Shown piece after piece: positions 29,036-39,084 of a stretch of 64,000 bases of DNA (its first letter is position 1; each line of letters begins with the position of its first letter). Below the pieces are notes generated by a model that was not told the origin of the DNA, did not search any database, and saw only the letters and a list, made by a program, of their open reading frames with translations. The translations under genes were made by a program, and so were the position numbers. The stretch comes from Candidatus Eiseniibacteriota bacterium (lineage in GTDB: Bacteria > Eisenbacteria > RBG-16-71-46): NCBI GenBank assembly GCA_038231135.1, contig JBBRLX010000019.1, positions 1-64,000 on the forward strand, written 5' to 3'.

Positions 29036-32000
29036 ATGAAGCGCGGGCCGCACCCCTTCACGGCACTGCTCGCCACGGCCATGGCCCTGGCCGCATGGGC
29101 GCACTCCGCGAGTGCGCGGGACGCATCCGGTCGCTCGTCCCCTGCCGTTGCTCCGGTGTTGTCCAACGCGTCCACAGTCGAAATCGCCCCAGGGGTCAAC
29201 GGTCTGACCGCGACCGCCTGGCACCAGGCCGACGCCGCGACGGAAGCGAAAGTGTCCGGGTGGACGGATCAACTGAGGTCCGGATGGATTCCCAATCTGG
29301 GCCAGATCACGGACACCGGGGGACATGGCGCCCCGAATATCCTCTACACCACGAGCGTCCGCGGCGCGCAGGTCTACGTGACCACCACCGGGATCTCGCA
29401 ATACTTCTTCGCGCACGACGATGACGTGGACGCGGACGCCGCCGGCCCGGCGGCCAAGCGCGGCGCGCGCAAACCGGCAGCGCCGGCCGGACCGATCCGC
29501 TGGTGCCGGGTCGACCTCGACTTGAAAGGGGCCGCGATCCGCCCCGACCACGTCCGGCTCGAGGATCCGCTCTACGATCAGGGGGCCACGAACTACTACC
29601 TGCCACACTGTCCGGCCGGCGTGCTCGACGTGCCCACCTACGGCAAGGTCACGTTCCTCGACGTCTATCCCGGCATCGACTGGGTCGTGCTGAGCAAGCC
29701 CGGCGAGGGCGTGCACCACGACTTCATCGTGCACCCCGGCGCCGACGCTTCGAGAATTCGTCTGCAATACACCGGCGCGCGTTCCATCGAGCTGTCGGAC
29801 GATCGGCGCGCGCTGCGCATCCGCACACCACTGGGAGAGGTGCGGGAGGGCGCACTCAACTGCTGGCAGGGCGAGGGGCGCCAGCCGATCGGCGCCCGGT
29901 TCCGCGTCGACGGCAACGTGGCATCGCTGCTCGTCGAACCCTACGATCACGCGGCGCCGCTGGTGATCGACCCGCCGCTCGTGTGGTCCACCTATTACGG
30001 CGGCAGCAACAGCTACGACGGTCCGCGCACGATCTACTGCGACAATGTGAACGACGACGTGTACGTCGTCGGCTACACCGCCTCGACGAATCTTCCACTG
30101 CAGAACCTGGCGGGCGCCTTCTACCAGGGCACCATCGCCGGCAATCAGGACGCGTTCATCTGGAAGTTCAGCCAGCTCGGCGTGCGCAAGTGGGCGACCT
30201 ATTACGGTGGAACGGGCATCGAGACCGGGGAGGACTGCACGCTCGACGCGTCCGGGAATCTCTATGTGTGCGGTTACACGACTTCCACGGACTTCCCCAC
30301 GCAGGCACTCGGCGGCGCCTACAATCAGCCCGCGAGCGGCGGCGGCGGCGACGGGTTCATCGTCGAGTTCAACGCCGCCGGTGTGCGGCAGTGGGCCACC
30401 TATTACGGCGGCGACGGCAGCGATCAGGCCACCGGCATCACGACCGACGCGAGCGGCAAGGTCTACGTGTGCGGCGTCACGGGCTCGACCAACCTGCCGC
30501 TTGCGAATCCGGGCGGGGGTGCGTACTTCCAGACGTCCGCCAATGGGTCCGAGGACGCGTTCGTCCTGAGATTCAGCCCGCTCGGAGTGCTGGAGTGGGG
30601 CACCTACTTCGGCGGCAAGAATGGCCTCGACGAGGCCTACGGGATCACGACGTCGCCCACCAGCGTCTACGTCACGGGGTATACCCAGTCCGCGTTCTAT
30701 CCCACGCTGAACCCGGGCGGCGGCGCGTATTTTCAAGGTGCGCTGGCGGGCGACCAGGATGTCTTCATCTCGAGGTTCACGCTGGCCGGCGTGCAGACCT
30801 GGTCGACGTACTACGGCGGCGACGGCACCGACTACGGCGACGAACCGGTCGTCGACGCCAACGGGAACCTGTTCGTCGTCGGCTACACGAACTCCGCCAA
30901 CTTCCCGACGGTCAATCCGGGTGGTACGGCGTATTACCAGCCCGCCCTGGCCGGCGAGCACGATCTGTTCATCCTCAAGTTCAGCAGTTCCGGCTCCACC
31001 CTGTGGGCGACTTACTATGGCGGCACCAGCTACGAGTTCCTCGAAGGCGGCGCCGGCAAACCCATCACACTCGACGCGCAGGGCAGGGTGTACGTGACGG
31101 GGATGACCCAGTCGTCGGACTTCCCGGTCCTGAATCCCGGCGCCGGCTCCTACTACCAGGGAGCGAACGCCGGGTTCCGGGACGCCATCCTCGGGCAATT
31201 CACCAACACCGGCACGATGCTGTGGTCGACCTACTTCGGCAGCAACCAGCTCGACTTCGGCACCAGCGTGTCGATCAGCAGCCATGGCTGCCTGTTCGCC
31301 ACCGGCGAGTCGGTGGGCGCCGGCAACCTGACCACCGTAAATCCGGGTCTGGGTGCCTACTATCAGCCCGCGAACGCGGGGTTCGATGACGGCTACATCG
31401 CGAAGTTCTGCTCGCCGAGCTCCGCGTGCTGCGTGGACTTCACGTGCGTGGCGGTCGAGTCGCAGAGCCAGTGCACGGCGCTCGGGGGCACGGCGTTCTT
31501 TCCGAACCAGCCGTGCTCGACGACGGTGTGCAACACGCTGTGCAAGATCTGCGGCCGCAAGTTCAGCGACGTGAATCGCAACGGCGTCCAGGACAACGGC
31601 GAGCCGGGGCTCGCCAACTGGACGATTCAGCTCGTCTATCCCAATGGCACGCTGTATGCCGCCATCACCACCGACGCCCAGGGCAATTACTGCTTCAACA
31701 ACATCCCGTGCGGCGCCTGGGAGGTGACCGAGGTGCAGCAGCCGAACTCGGTGCAGACGTTCCCGGCGCCCGCCGTCCACACGCTCAACCTCGGGACCGG
31801 CACCACGCAGAACGCTGTCGACTTCGGCAACTACGTGTGCACGTCGACCGTCGGCTGCTTCACGTGGCCGGCGGGGCTCGCGGCATGGTGGCCGTTCAAC
31901 GACACTCCGGGCCCAACGACGGCGAGCGACGCCACGCACCTGAGCCCGCCGCGCAATGTGGCGCAACTGGTGGGCGCCGCCGCGAGCGGGGGATCGGCTC

Positions 32001-33586
32001 CCGGCGTGATCTGCGTGGCGACCGCCGCGGACTACGCGCGAGTGCCGAACGCGAACCAGCTCGGGCTCCAGTTCGCCGGCGGCCCGTTCGCGATCGCGGC
32101 CTGGCTCAATCCGGCCTCGAGCACCGCCGGTGCGCGCACGATCGTCGAAAAACGCGTGCTGCTGTCCGCGTCGGCCCATGAGACGCGCGGCTGGGCGCTA
32201 TATCTCGATGGCCTCCAGAGCTACCTCGAGATCGGCACCGGCGGCACGCCGCAAGTGGTCGCGGGGCCGGTGCTGGCGGGGGATGTGTGGTCGCACCTCG
32301 CGGTGTCGGTCGACCGCGCGACGGGTCACGGCCAGTGGTATCTCAATGGCAGCCCGGTCCCCACGTTCGACTTCACGCCCATCTCGGGGCTGGTGTCGTG
32401 CACCGCCGATCTCTACATCGGGCGTGTCAGCCCGGCGTTCGGCACCTCGTCCGGATTCCAGGGCTGTATCGGCGACCTGGCGCTGTTCGCGACGCCGCTG
32501 AGTGCGGCGACGGTGAGCAAGGCCGCCGCGACCGGCCCGGGCGGCTGGTGCCCGGAATCGGCGCTGCTGCCGGCGGTGACGACGCTCTGCAAGACCCAGA
32601 CGTCAGCCCAGGTATGCCTCAACATCTCGAACAACTACGGCACGCCGCAGAGCTATACCTGGTCGTTCGCCGGGTTGCCCGCAGGCCCGGGCTGCAGCGT
32701 GGCCGGTCCGACCGTGTTCAGCCCGTCCGGGGGCACCGTGATCGTACCGCCCGGCATCTCACCGCCGATCTGCGTGTCGATCGCGCGCCCGCTCGGCCTC
32801 ACGGCGCAGAACGCCACCGCGTGCTTCGGGCTCACGTTCGTCAACAACGCCACCGGCACCTGCCGCACGACGACGGCCACGCTGCGCGCCGACAACAGCT
32901 GCTGGTGCGTGACGCCGCAGCAGGCGACCGTGGTGAGCGTGCCCGCGCGGGCGTCGGGTGCGGTGATCGGCATCGGCGTCGGCCACCCGTGCGACCCGGC
33001 GACGCTGGCCTACCGTCTGAGCGCAGTGTGGCTCGATCCGGACCATGAAGACCCGCTGGAGCTGAGCCTCGACGGCCTCGCGCCGGGGACGCCGGTGACC
33101 GGCACCGTGACCGCGGGACCGGGCGCGGACCAGCAACTCGCGGTGACGGCGAGCCTCCCCAACGGCTACGACCCCGCGGCGCGCTACGAGATCGTGCTCG
33201 AGGCCGACACGGACGGCGACGGCATCATGGAGCGGCTGTGCGGCACGCTGGTCGCCGCGACCTACGACAGCACGGAACGGGTCGGGGTGCCCGCAGGCAT
33301 GCCGGCGCAGCGCAGTGCCGTGTTGCTCGCGAGCCCCAACCCATTCCTGGGCGGCTCGACGATCGCGTTCACGCTGGCGGCGGCGGAGCCGGTCGAACTC
33401 GGTGTCTACGATCTGAGCGGACGGCTGGTGCGCTCGCTGGAGCGCGGGCTGCTGACCGCCGGTCCGCATCGGTTCGACTGGAACGGCCGCGACGACGGCG
33501 GACGGCGCGCGGCCGCCGGCATCTACTTCGTCCACCTCGACGGCCCCGGCCGCCACCTCCAGGCGAAGCTGGTCAAGCTCCAGTAG
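29036..33586 (+). CDS. Secreted SBBP beta-propeller repeat protein with SdrD-B-like, LamG and FlgD-Ig C-terminal domains
   Basis: GGAG RBS and signal peptide; N.GQ...YPGID...LVIDP N-domain; about seven W.TY[YF]GG repeats; D.N.NG.QD.GEPGL; WSHLAV (LamG); WNGRDD tail. Confidence 0.9.
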   Translation: MKRGPHPFTALLATAMALAAWAHSASARDASGRSSPAVAPVLSNASTVEIAPGVNGLTATAWHQADAATEAKVSGWTDQLRSGWIPNLGQITDTGGHGAPNILYTTSVRGAQVYVTTTGISQYFFAHDDDVDADAAGPAAKRGARKPAAPAGPIRWCRVDLDLKGAAIRPDHVRLEDPLYDQGATNYYLPHCPAGVLDVPTYGKVTFLDVYPGIDWVVLSKPGEGVHHDFIVHPGADASRIRLQYTGARSIELSDDRRALRIRTPLGEVREGALNCWQGEGRQPIGARFRVDGNVASLLVEPYDHAAPLVIDPPLVWSTYYGGSNSYDGPRTIYCDNVNDDVYVVGYTASTNLPLQNLAGAFYQGTIAGNQDAFIWKFSQLGVRKWATYYGGTGIETGEDCTLDASGNLYVCGYTTSTDFPTQALGGAYNQPASGGGGDGFIVEFNAAGVRQWATYYGGDGSDQATGITTDASGKVYVCGVTGSTNLPLANPGGGAYFQTSANGSEDAFVLRFSPLGVLEWGTYFGGKNGLDEAYGITTSPTSVYVTGYTQSAFYPTLNPGGGAYFQGALAGDQDVFISRFTLAGVQTWSTYYGGDGTDYGDEPVVDANGNLFVVGYTNSANFPTVNPGGTAYYQPALAGEHDLFILKFSSSGSTLWATYYGGTSYEFLEGGAGKPITLDAQGRVYVTGMTQSSDFPVLNPGAGSYYQGANAGFRDAILGQFTNTGTMLWSTYFGSNQLDFGTSVSISSHGCLFATGESVGAGNLTTVNPGLGAYYQPANAGFDDGYIAKFCSPSSACCVDFTCVAVESQSQCTALGGTAFFPNQPCSTTVCNTLCKICGRKFSDVNRNGVQDNGEPGLANWTIQLVYPNGTLYAAITTDAQGNYCFNNIPCGAWEVTEVQQPNSVQTFPAPAVHTLNLGTGTTQNAVDFGNYVCTSTVGCFTWPAGLAAWWPFNDTPGPTTASDATHLSPPRNVAQLVGAAASGGSAPGVICVATAADYARVPNANQLGLQFAGGPFAIAAWLNPASSTAGARTIVEKRVLLSASAHETRGWALYLDGLQSYLEIGTGGTPQVVAGPVLAGDVWSHLAVSVDRATGHGQWYLNGSPVPTFDFTPISGLVSCTADLYIGRVSPAFGTSSGFQGCIGDLALFATPLSAATVSKAAATGPGGWCPESALLPAVTTLCKTQTSAQVCLNISNNYGTPQSYTWSFAGLPAGPGCSVAGPTVFSPSGGTVIVPPGISPPICVSIARPLGLTAQNATACFGLTFVNNATGTCRTTTATLRADNSCWCVTPQQATVVSVPARASGAVIGIGVGHPCDPATLAYRLSAVWLDPDHEDPLELSLDGLAPGTPVTGTVTAGPGADQQLAVTASLPNGYDPAARYEIVLEADTDGDGIMERLCGTLVAATYDSTERVGVPAGMPAQRSAVLLASPNPFLGGSTIAFTLAAAEPVELGVYDLSGRLVRSLERGLLTAGPHRFDWNGRDDGGRRAAAGIYFVHLDGPGRHLQAKLVKLQ

Positions 33587-34377
33587 TGCGAACGGCTCCC
33601 CGCCTCGGTGCTGCGCCGCTGGTTCGCGGTGTCTTCCGGTTCGTGCTGGACTGGCTGCCGGTGTTCATCGTGCTGTTCGCGTACGACGCGATCCACAACC
33701 GGCTCGGCGCGTTCCTGCCCGCGGCGCACACGCTGCCCCAGATCCACGCCGACGAAGCACTGTTCGGCGCGCCGATTCCGACCCTCCGGCTGCAACGGGC
33801 GTTCTACGCTCCCGGCCGTCCTCATGCGTGGGATTTCGCGGCGCTGGCCATCTACATGTCGCACTTCTTCGTCTCGGTCGTGATCGCGCTCGCGTTGTGG
33901 GTCCGCACGCGCGCGCGGTATCTGAAGTTCATGACGTGGTTCGTCGTCATGACCACGCTCGGTTACATCACGTATGTATTTTATCCGGCGGTGCCACCGT
34001 GGCTCGCGAGCCAGCGCGGCGCCCTCGCGCCGACGCATCGGCTGGTGCTCGAGGTGTGGGAACACCTTGGTCAGCACGCGATCGCCCAGACGTTCTCCGG
34101 CAGCAATGTGTACGCGAACGATGTCGCCGCGATTCCGTCGCTGCACGCGGCGTATCCCGTGATGATCGCCATGTTCTTCTGGTCGGGAGCGCGGCCTGCG
34201 GCGAGGGCCTTGCTGGCGCTCTATGCGGTGAGCATGGCGCTGGTCCTCGTCTACTCCGCCGAGCACTATGTCGTGGACATCCTGCTGGGCTGGCTGTACG
34301 CCGTGGGTACGGCGCTCGTGATGCAGCGGCTGTGGCCGCGAGCCCGGCGGGACCTCGCCCCGGGCAGGTCGCGTTGA
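33586..34377 (+). CDS. PAP2-superfamily membrane phosphotransferase (inositol phosphorylceramide synthase-like)
   Basis: YPAVPPW, AAIPSLHAAY and EHYVVDILLG motifs, multiple TMs. GTG overlaps the upstream TAG. Confidence 0.85.
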   Translation: MRTAPRLGAAPLVRGVFRFVLDWLPVFIVLFAYDAIHNRLGAFLPAAHTLPQIHADEALFGAPIPTLRLQRAFYAPGRPHAWDFAALAIYMSHFFVSVVIALALWVRTRARYLKFMTWFVVMTTLGYITYVFYPAVPPWLASQRGALAPTHRLVLEVWEHLGQHAIAQTFSGSNVYANDVAAIPSLHAAYPVMIAMFFWSGARPAARALLALYAVSMALVLVYSAEHYVVDILLGWLYAVGTALVMQRLWPRARRDLAPGRSR

Positions 34378-34509
34378 GTGCCGCAGCGGAATCGGCGATG
34401 CTTCGGCCGCTCCGGTGTCCCGGGCCCCTCCACCGGGTATGCTGACGCTCGGGACGCCCGCGCCGCTTCGCTGATCCTGCTTCGAACCTCCTCCCAGGGA
34501 ACGCCGACC

Positions 34510-36891
34510 ATGTCACTCGCAGCCGGTACCCGCCTCGGCCCCTACGAGATCATCGCCCCGCTCGGCGCGGGCGGCATGGGCGAGGTGTATCGCGCGCGCG
34601 ATACGCGGCTGCAGCGCGACGTCGCGATCAAGGGTCTGCCCGAGGCGTTCGCGCAGCATCCCGAGCGGCTGGCGCGCTTCGAACGCGAGGCAAGATTGCT
34701 CGCGGCTCTCAGCCACCCGAACATCGGGGGCATCTTCGGGCTTGAAGAGTCCGGAGGCACGCCGTGGCTGGTGCTCGAGCTGGTCGAAGGCGAAACCCTG
34801 GCGCAGCGCCTCGCCCGCGGCCCGCTGCCGGTGCGCGAGGCGCTCGACATCGGCGGTCAGATCGCCGCGGGCATCGAGGCCGCCCACGAGCGCGGGATCG
34901 TGCATCGCGACCTCAAGCCGGGCAACGTCATGATCACCCCGTCCCGCGTCGTGAAGGTGCTCGACTTCGGCCTCGCCAAGGGCGGCGCCACCGAGGCCGC
35001 GTCGTCCTCCGATCTGTCGGTGTCGCCCACCATGGCGCTGTCGGGAACCAGCGCCGGCGTCCTGCTGGGGACGGCGTCCTACATGTGCCCCGAGCAGGCC
35101 CGCGGCCGCCCGGTCGACCGGCGCGCCGACGTGTGGGCGTTCGGCTGCGTGCTGTTCGAATGCCTGAGCGGACGCCAGGCGTTCGGCGGCGAGACCGTGT
35201 CCGACGTGATCGCGCGGGTGCTCGAGCGCGAGCCCGAATGGAACGCGCTGCCCTCGACCGTTCCCGCGCGGCTGCGCGACGTGATCCGGCGCTGCCTCAC
35301 CAAGGACGCCGACGAGCGCCCGCGCGACATCGGCGACCTGCGCCGCGAACTGAGTGCGATCGGTCTCGATCTGTCGTCGCATTCCGGCCTCCATCCGTCG
35401 CCGGCCGCAGCCGTGCCGTCGCTCGCCGTGCTGTACTTCGAGAACCTGGCGAGCGACAAGGACAGCGAGTACTTCTGTGCCGGGATCACCGAGGACATCC
35501 TGACCGATCTGTCGAAGATCAAGGGCCTGCGCGTGGCGTCGCGCAACGCAGTCGCCCGCTATCGCGGCGCTCCTGCGGACATTCCGAAGATCGCCGCCGA
35601 TCTCGGCGTCGGGGCCGTGCTCGAGGGCAGCGTGCGGCGGGCCGGCGATCGGGTGCGCATCTCCGCCCAGCTCATCAACGCCGTGGACGGCTTCCACCTG
35701 TGGGCCGAACGCTACGACCGCACGCTGGAGGACGTGTTCGCGGTACAGGAGGAGATCGCGTCGTCGATCGCGGGCGCCCTGCGCGTCGCGCTCACGCCGG
35801 CGGAGACCGCAAGTCTCGTCAAGGACCGGCCCGACGACGTTCGCGCGTACGACCTCTATCTCAAGGGCCGCGCCCTCTATGGCCGCTACACCGACGAGTC
35901 GCTGCACGAGGCCCAGGCCCTGTTCCGGCAGGCCATCGCGCTCGACCCGAACTACGCGCTGGCCTGGGCCGGAATCGCCGACTGCTGCGGCCAGTTGTGT
36001 CAGTGGGGCAGGGATCCCGACGTTCCCGCCCTGACGACCTCGGGCCTCGAAGCCGCCCGCCACGCGATCGCGCTCAATCCCCACCTCGCGGAGGCGTTCA
36101 AGGCCGAGGCGATGAACCTACGGTTTGCGGGAGATCTCGAGGGTGCCCGCGTGGCGCTGGATCGGGCCATCGAGGCGAATCCCCGGTTCGTTCCCGCGCT
36201 CCTCAACCTCGCAGTGGATGCGTTTTGCCGAGCCGACATCGCGGCGACCGAGCGGCACGTGCGCCGCACACTCGACATCGACCCCCAGGAAGCGTTCGCG
36301 TGCCTGTGGCTTGCGACCGTGACGGGCCATACCGGGCGGGGCGACGAGTCGATTGCCGCGGCACAACGCGCGCGCAGGCTGTCGGACGATTCATTTTACG
36401 TCAGCTCCTACCACTCGACGCGTGCCTGGATCCAGCTCGGGCGCGGCGATCTCCCGGCGGCGGCGCAGGCTCTGCAGGATGGCGCGGCCGACGGGGCGCG
36501 GCCGAAGGACCAGCTGGCGATCGAGGCCGCCATTACGGTGCGCGCCGGGCGCGTCGATCAGGCACGGGTGCAGATTCACGAACTGGCCGCGACGCCCGGC
36601 CTGCTGGGCATCAGCATGATGTTGGCGGCAGGCGCCGCACTCCGCGCGGGCGAACTCGAGATGGCCAAGAGCTTCCTCGCGCGTCAGCTGGTGAGAGACC
36701 TGGCACCCGTATTCGCACGGCTCGACGCCGAGCTGCATCCGCTGCTCGATCACGCCCCGCTCGCGCCGCGGCGCTGGGATGCGACGCTGGTGTGGCCGCT
36801 CGAAGCCCCGATGATCGATGCCGCCCGCCATCGGCTGTTCCGAGAGGTGCGCATCGAATCGGGACTGCCGCAGGGCAGCGACGTGAAGTAA
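34510..36891 (+). CDS. Ser/Thr protein kinase with TolB-N-like and TPR domains
   Basis: LGAGGMGEVY, VAIK, HRDLKPGN, DFG and YMCPEQ; SLAVLYFENL...EGSVRR...HLWAERYDR; TPR helices. Confidence 0.95.
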   Translation: MSLAAGTRLGPYEIIAPLGAGGMGEVYRARDTRLQRDVAIKGLPEAFAQHPERLARFEREARLLAALSHPNIGGIFGLEESGGTPWLVLELVEGETLAQRLARGPLPVREALDIGGQIAAGIEAAHERGIVHRDLKPGNVMITPSRVVKVLDFGLAKGGATEAASSSDLSVSPTMALSGTSAGVLLGTASYMCPEQARGRPVDRRADVWAFGCVLFECLSGRQAFGGETVSDVIARVLEREPEWNALPSTVPARLRDVIRRCLTKDADERPRDIGDLRRELSAIGLDLSSHSGLHPSPAAAVPSLAVLYFENLASDKDSEYFCAGITEDILTDLSKIKGLRVASRNAVARYRGAPADIPKIAADLGVGAVLEGSVRRAGDRVRISAQLINAVDGFHLWAERYDRTLEDVFAVQEEIASSIAGALRVALTPAETASLVKDRPDDVRAYDLYLKGRALYGRYTDESLHEAQALFRQAIALDPNYALAWAGIADCCGQLCQWGRDPDVPALTTSGLEAARHAIALNPHLAEAFKAEAMNLRFAGDLEGARVALDRAIEANPRFVPALLNLAVDAFCRADIAATERHVRRTLDIDPQEAFACLWLATVTGHTGRGDESIAAAQRARRLSDDSFYVSSYHSTRAWIQLGRGDLPAAAQALQDGAADGARPKDQLAIEAAITVRAGRVDQARVQIHELAATPGLLGISMMLAAGAALRAGELEMAKSFLARQLVRDLAPVFARLDAELHPLLDHAPLAPRRWDATLVWPLEAPMIDAARHRLFREVRIESGLPQGSDVK

Positions 36892-36962
36892 GGCGGTCGC
36901 ATGGTGAGCCCGTCCGGGCTCGACTTCCAACCTCAGAATCCGCGCGCGCGGGGGCAGGCGTC

Positions 36963-37325
36963 ATGGTCGGTATCACGGTGACGGGAGAGACGGCGACGTT
37001 CGAGGTCCAGAGCTGGGACAAGTTCTGGGCGCTGCGGAGCCGGCTCGAGATTCCGCTGGCGCACATCCGCGGGGTGCGCTCCGACACAGAGGCGGCGCGC
37101 GGCTGGTGGCATGGCCTCAAGCTGCCGGGCACCAACGTGCCGGGCGTGATCACGGCGGGGACGTTCTACCAGCACGGCAAACGGGTGTTCTGGGACGTGC
37201 ATGACCCCGACCGCACGATCGTCGTCGAGCTCGCCCACGAGAGCTACGACGAGCTGATCATCGAAGTCGCCGATCCCGATGCCGCGATCGCCCTGCTGCA
37301 GGAGAATCTCGGGGGCCGCATCTAG
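36963..37325 (+). CDS. Conserved-looking hypothetical protein (120 aa)
   Basis: DKFWALRSRLEIPLAHIRGV...GLKLPGTNVPGVITAGTFY...FWDVHDP; normal codon usage. Confidence 0.8.
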   Translation: MVGITVTGETATFEVQSWDKFWALRSRLEIPLAHIRGVRSDTEAARGWWHGLKLPGTNVPGVITAGTFYQHGKRVFWDVHDPDRTIVVELAHESYDELIIEVADPDAAIALLQENLGGRI

Positions 37326-37367
37326 CGCGGTGCCTCGCCCTTCACGCGACCGCCGGCCGGCCGCTCG

Positions 37368-38609
37368 CTAGCGAAGGCGCAGCACCACCCCCGAGCCGAG
37401 CGCCATCATGAGCGCCGCGTAGCCGAAGCCCCACAGGGGATGGAGCGTCCACAGCACGCCGACGAGTGCGCTCGACACGAGGTCGCCCAAGCCGTTCACC
37501 GTGCCCAGCACGCCATATGCCGTGCCCCGCACCTCGACAGAGGAGAAATCGGCCAGCATGGCGTCCTCCATGGTGTCCACGATGCCGACCATGACGCCGG
37601 CCGACGCGAATACGATGGCCAGTCCCGAAATCCCCGCATGTCGATGCGCGAGCATGATCCCGAGCGTCAGACTGACGCCGGCCCCGAGCAGGTACCCGAA
37701 CGCGAGCAAGGGTCGCCGGCCGATGCGGTCGCTCAGCGCCCCGACCGGGAACGGCGCCAGGGCATAGGTGATGTTGTGGAGCGCGTAGAGCAGGCCCGCG
37801 GCGGCCGACGCCTTGAGTGTGCCGAGCGACGGCGTCAGCAATTGAATGGCCGCCAGGATGATGAGGGTGTGGGAGAAGTCCCCGAGGCCGAAAATCCCGA
37901 TGCCCACCATGGCGCGCCGCAGACTTCCTGGCAGGTTACGAATCGTGGTCCAGAACGGCAGCGTGTGATTGGGCGAACGGCGGCGTTCGCGTACGACGAG
38001 CGCAAACACCAGCGCGCCTCCCAGACCGGGGATGGCGGTGAACAGAAAGATCGTCCGGAACGCGCGGGTCGGGTCGCCCGAAAAGCGCGCGTGGAGCAAC
38101 GGCAGCAACGCCACCGCCAGCAGCGGCCCGAGCACGGCGCCGAGCGTGTCGCCCGCGCGATGGAACCCGAACGCCTTGCCGCGATGCTCAGGCGCGACCG
38201 AATCCGCAAGCATCGCGGACCGCAGCGGCCCGCGAATCCCGCGCCCGAACCAGCCCACCACCCGGCCCAGCAGCACGATGCCCCAGCCGTTGGCGAGGGC
38301 GAAGATCGCCTGGGAGGCGCCGGTCAGCGCGTAGCCCCCGACGGTGATCGCCTTGCGGTGCCCCAACCGGTCCGACAGCCAGCCGGTGCCGAGCTTGACG
38401 AAGCTCGACGTGGCATCGGCCACCCCTTCGATCAGGCCGAGCGCCGCGGGCGCGACGCCGAGCGACGCGAGGAACGCCGGCAGGATCGACGTGGCCATCT
38501 CGTGACCGACGTCCGACAGGAAGCTCGTCACCGTCATCCCGACGACGTTGCGATTCAGCCACCCCGTCGGGGGAGCGGGTTCGGCCGCATTTGACTCGCG
38601 ATCGATCAT
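37368..38609 (-). CDS. MFS transporter
   Basis: About 12 TMs, with motif A in both halves (GWLSDRLGHRK, GALSDRIGRR). Confidence 0.92.
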   Translation of the reverse strand: MIDRESNAAEPAPPTGWLNRNVVGMTVTSFLSDVGHEMATSILPAFLASLGVAPAALGLIEGVADATSSFVKLGTGWLSDRLGHRKAITVGGYALTGASQAIFALANGWGIVLLGRVVGWFGRGIRGPLRSAMLADSVAPEHRGKAFGFHRAGDTLGAVLGPLLAVALLPLLHARFSGDPTRAFRTIFLFTAIPGLGGALVFALVVRERRRSPNHTLPFWTTIRNLPGSLRRAMVGIGIFGLGDFSHTLIILAAIQLLTPSLGTLKASAAAGLLYALHNITYALAPFPVGALSDRIGRRPLLAFGYLLGAGVSLTLGIMLAHRHAGISGLAIVFASAGVMVGIVDTMEDAMLADFSSVEVRGTAYGVLGTVNGLGDLVSSALVGVLWTLHPLWGFGYAALMMALGSGVVLRLR

Positions 38610-38953
38610 CGAAGGATGCCCGGCTTCACGTGTCTGTCAATCCCCCGAGGGGCGTTCGCCAGGCCCCTAATGCCCCGACGAGTCGCCGCGCCGGCCGGTC
38701 TCGAAGAGGAACCAGCTGCGGCGCTCTGCTCCTCTTGGATCGATGTGGGAACTGCCTGAAGGCCCCGACACTACTCGCCGGAAAGCAACTCGCAAAGATT
38801 CTTTAGGAACGTGCGAATCGCCAGAGGAAATGCCTGCCACTCGTCCTGCGAGACGCCTGCACCCACGGTTTGCGAGCAATTGAAAGAGCTGCGAGCCGTT
38901 GTTGCAATAGCCTGCACACGACGGGTGGCTGTTGCGCGGGACGTCGTGCGATT

Positions 38954-39015
38954 TGCACGCTTTCCGTGCAGAATCACGCGGGGATCGGCCCCCCGGATCA
39001 AGGCATGCTCGATGC
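38954..39015 (+). promoter_or_regulatory. Putative sigma-54 promoter with an NtrC-like palindrome
   Basis: TGCACG-N5-CGTGCA at 38954-38970 and AGGCATGCTCGATGC (GG-N10-GC) at 39001-39015, 70 nt before the BON gene. Confidence 0.45.
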
Positions 39016-39084
39016 GGGGCGCTCGCCGGAGCGCCGCGTCCGCGGCGAACACCGCATCGAACCCTGAAACGAGGGCCAGGCACA

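Noticed and set aside
13573..31410. Periodic DNA repeats as a CRISPR array
   Set aside because: They are degenerate in-frame protein repeats (InlB-like, FN3, SBBP), with no identical repeat-spacer structure and no cas genes.
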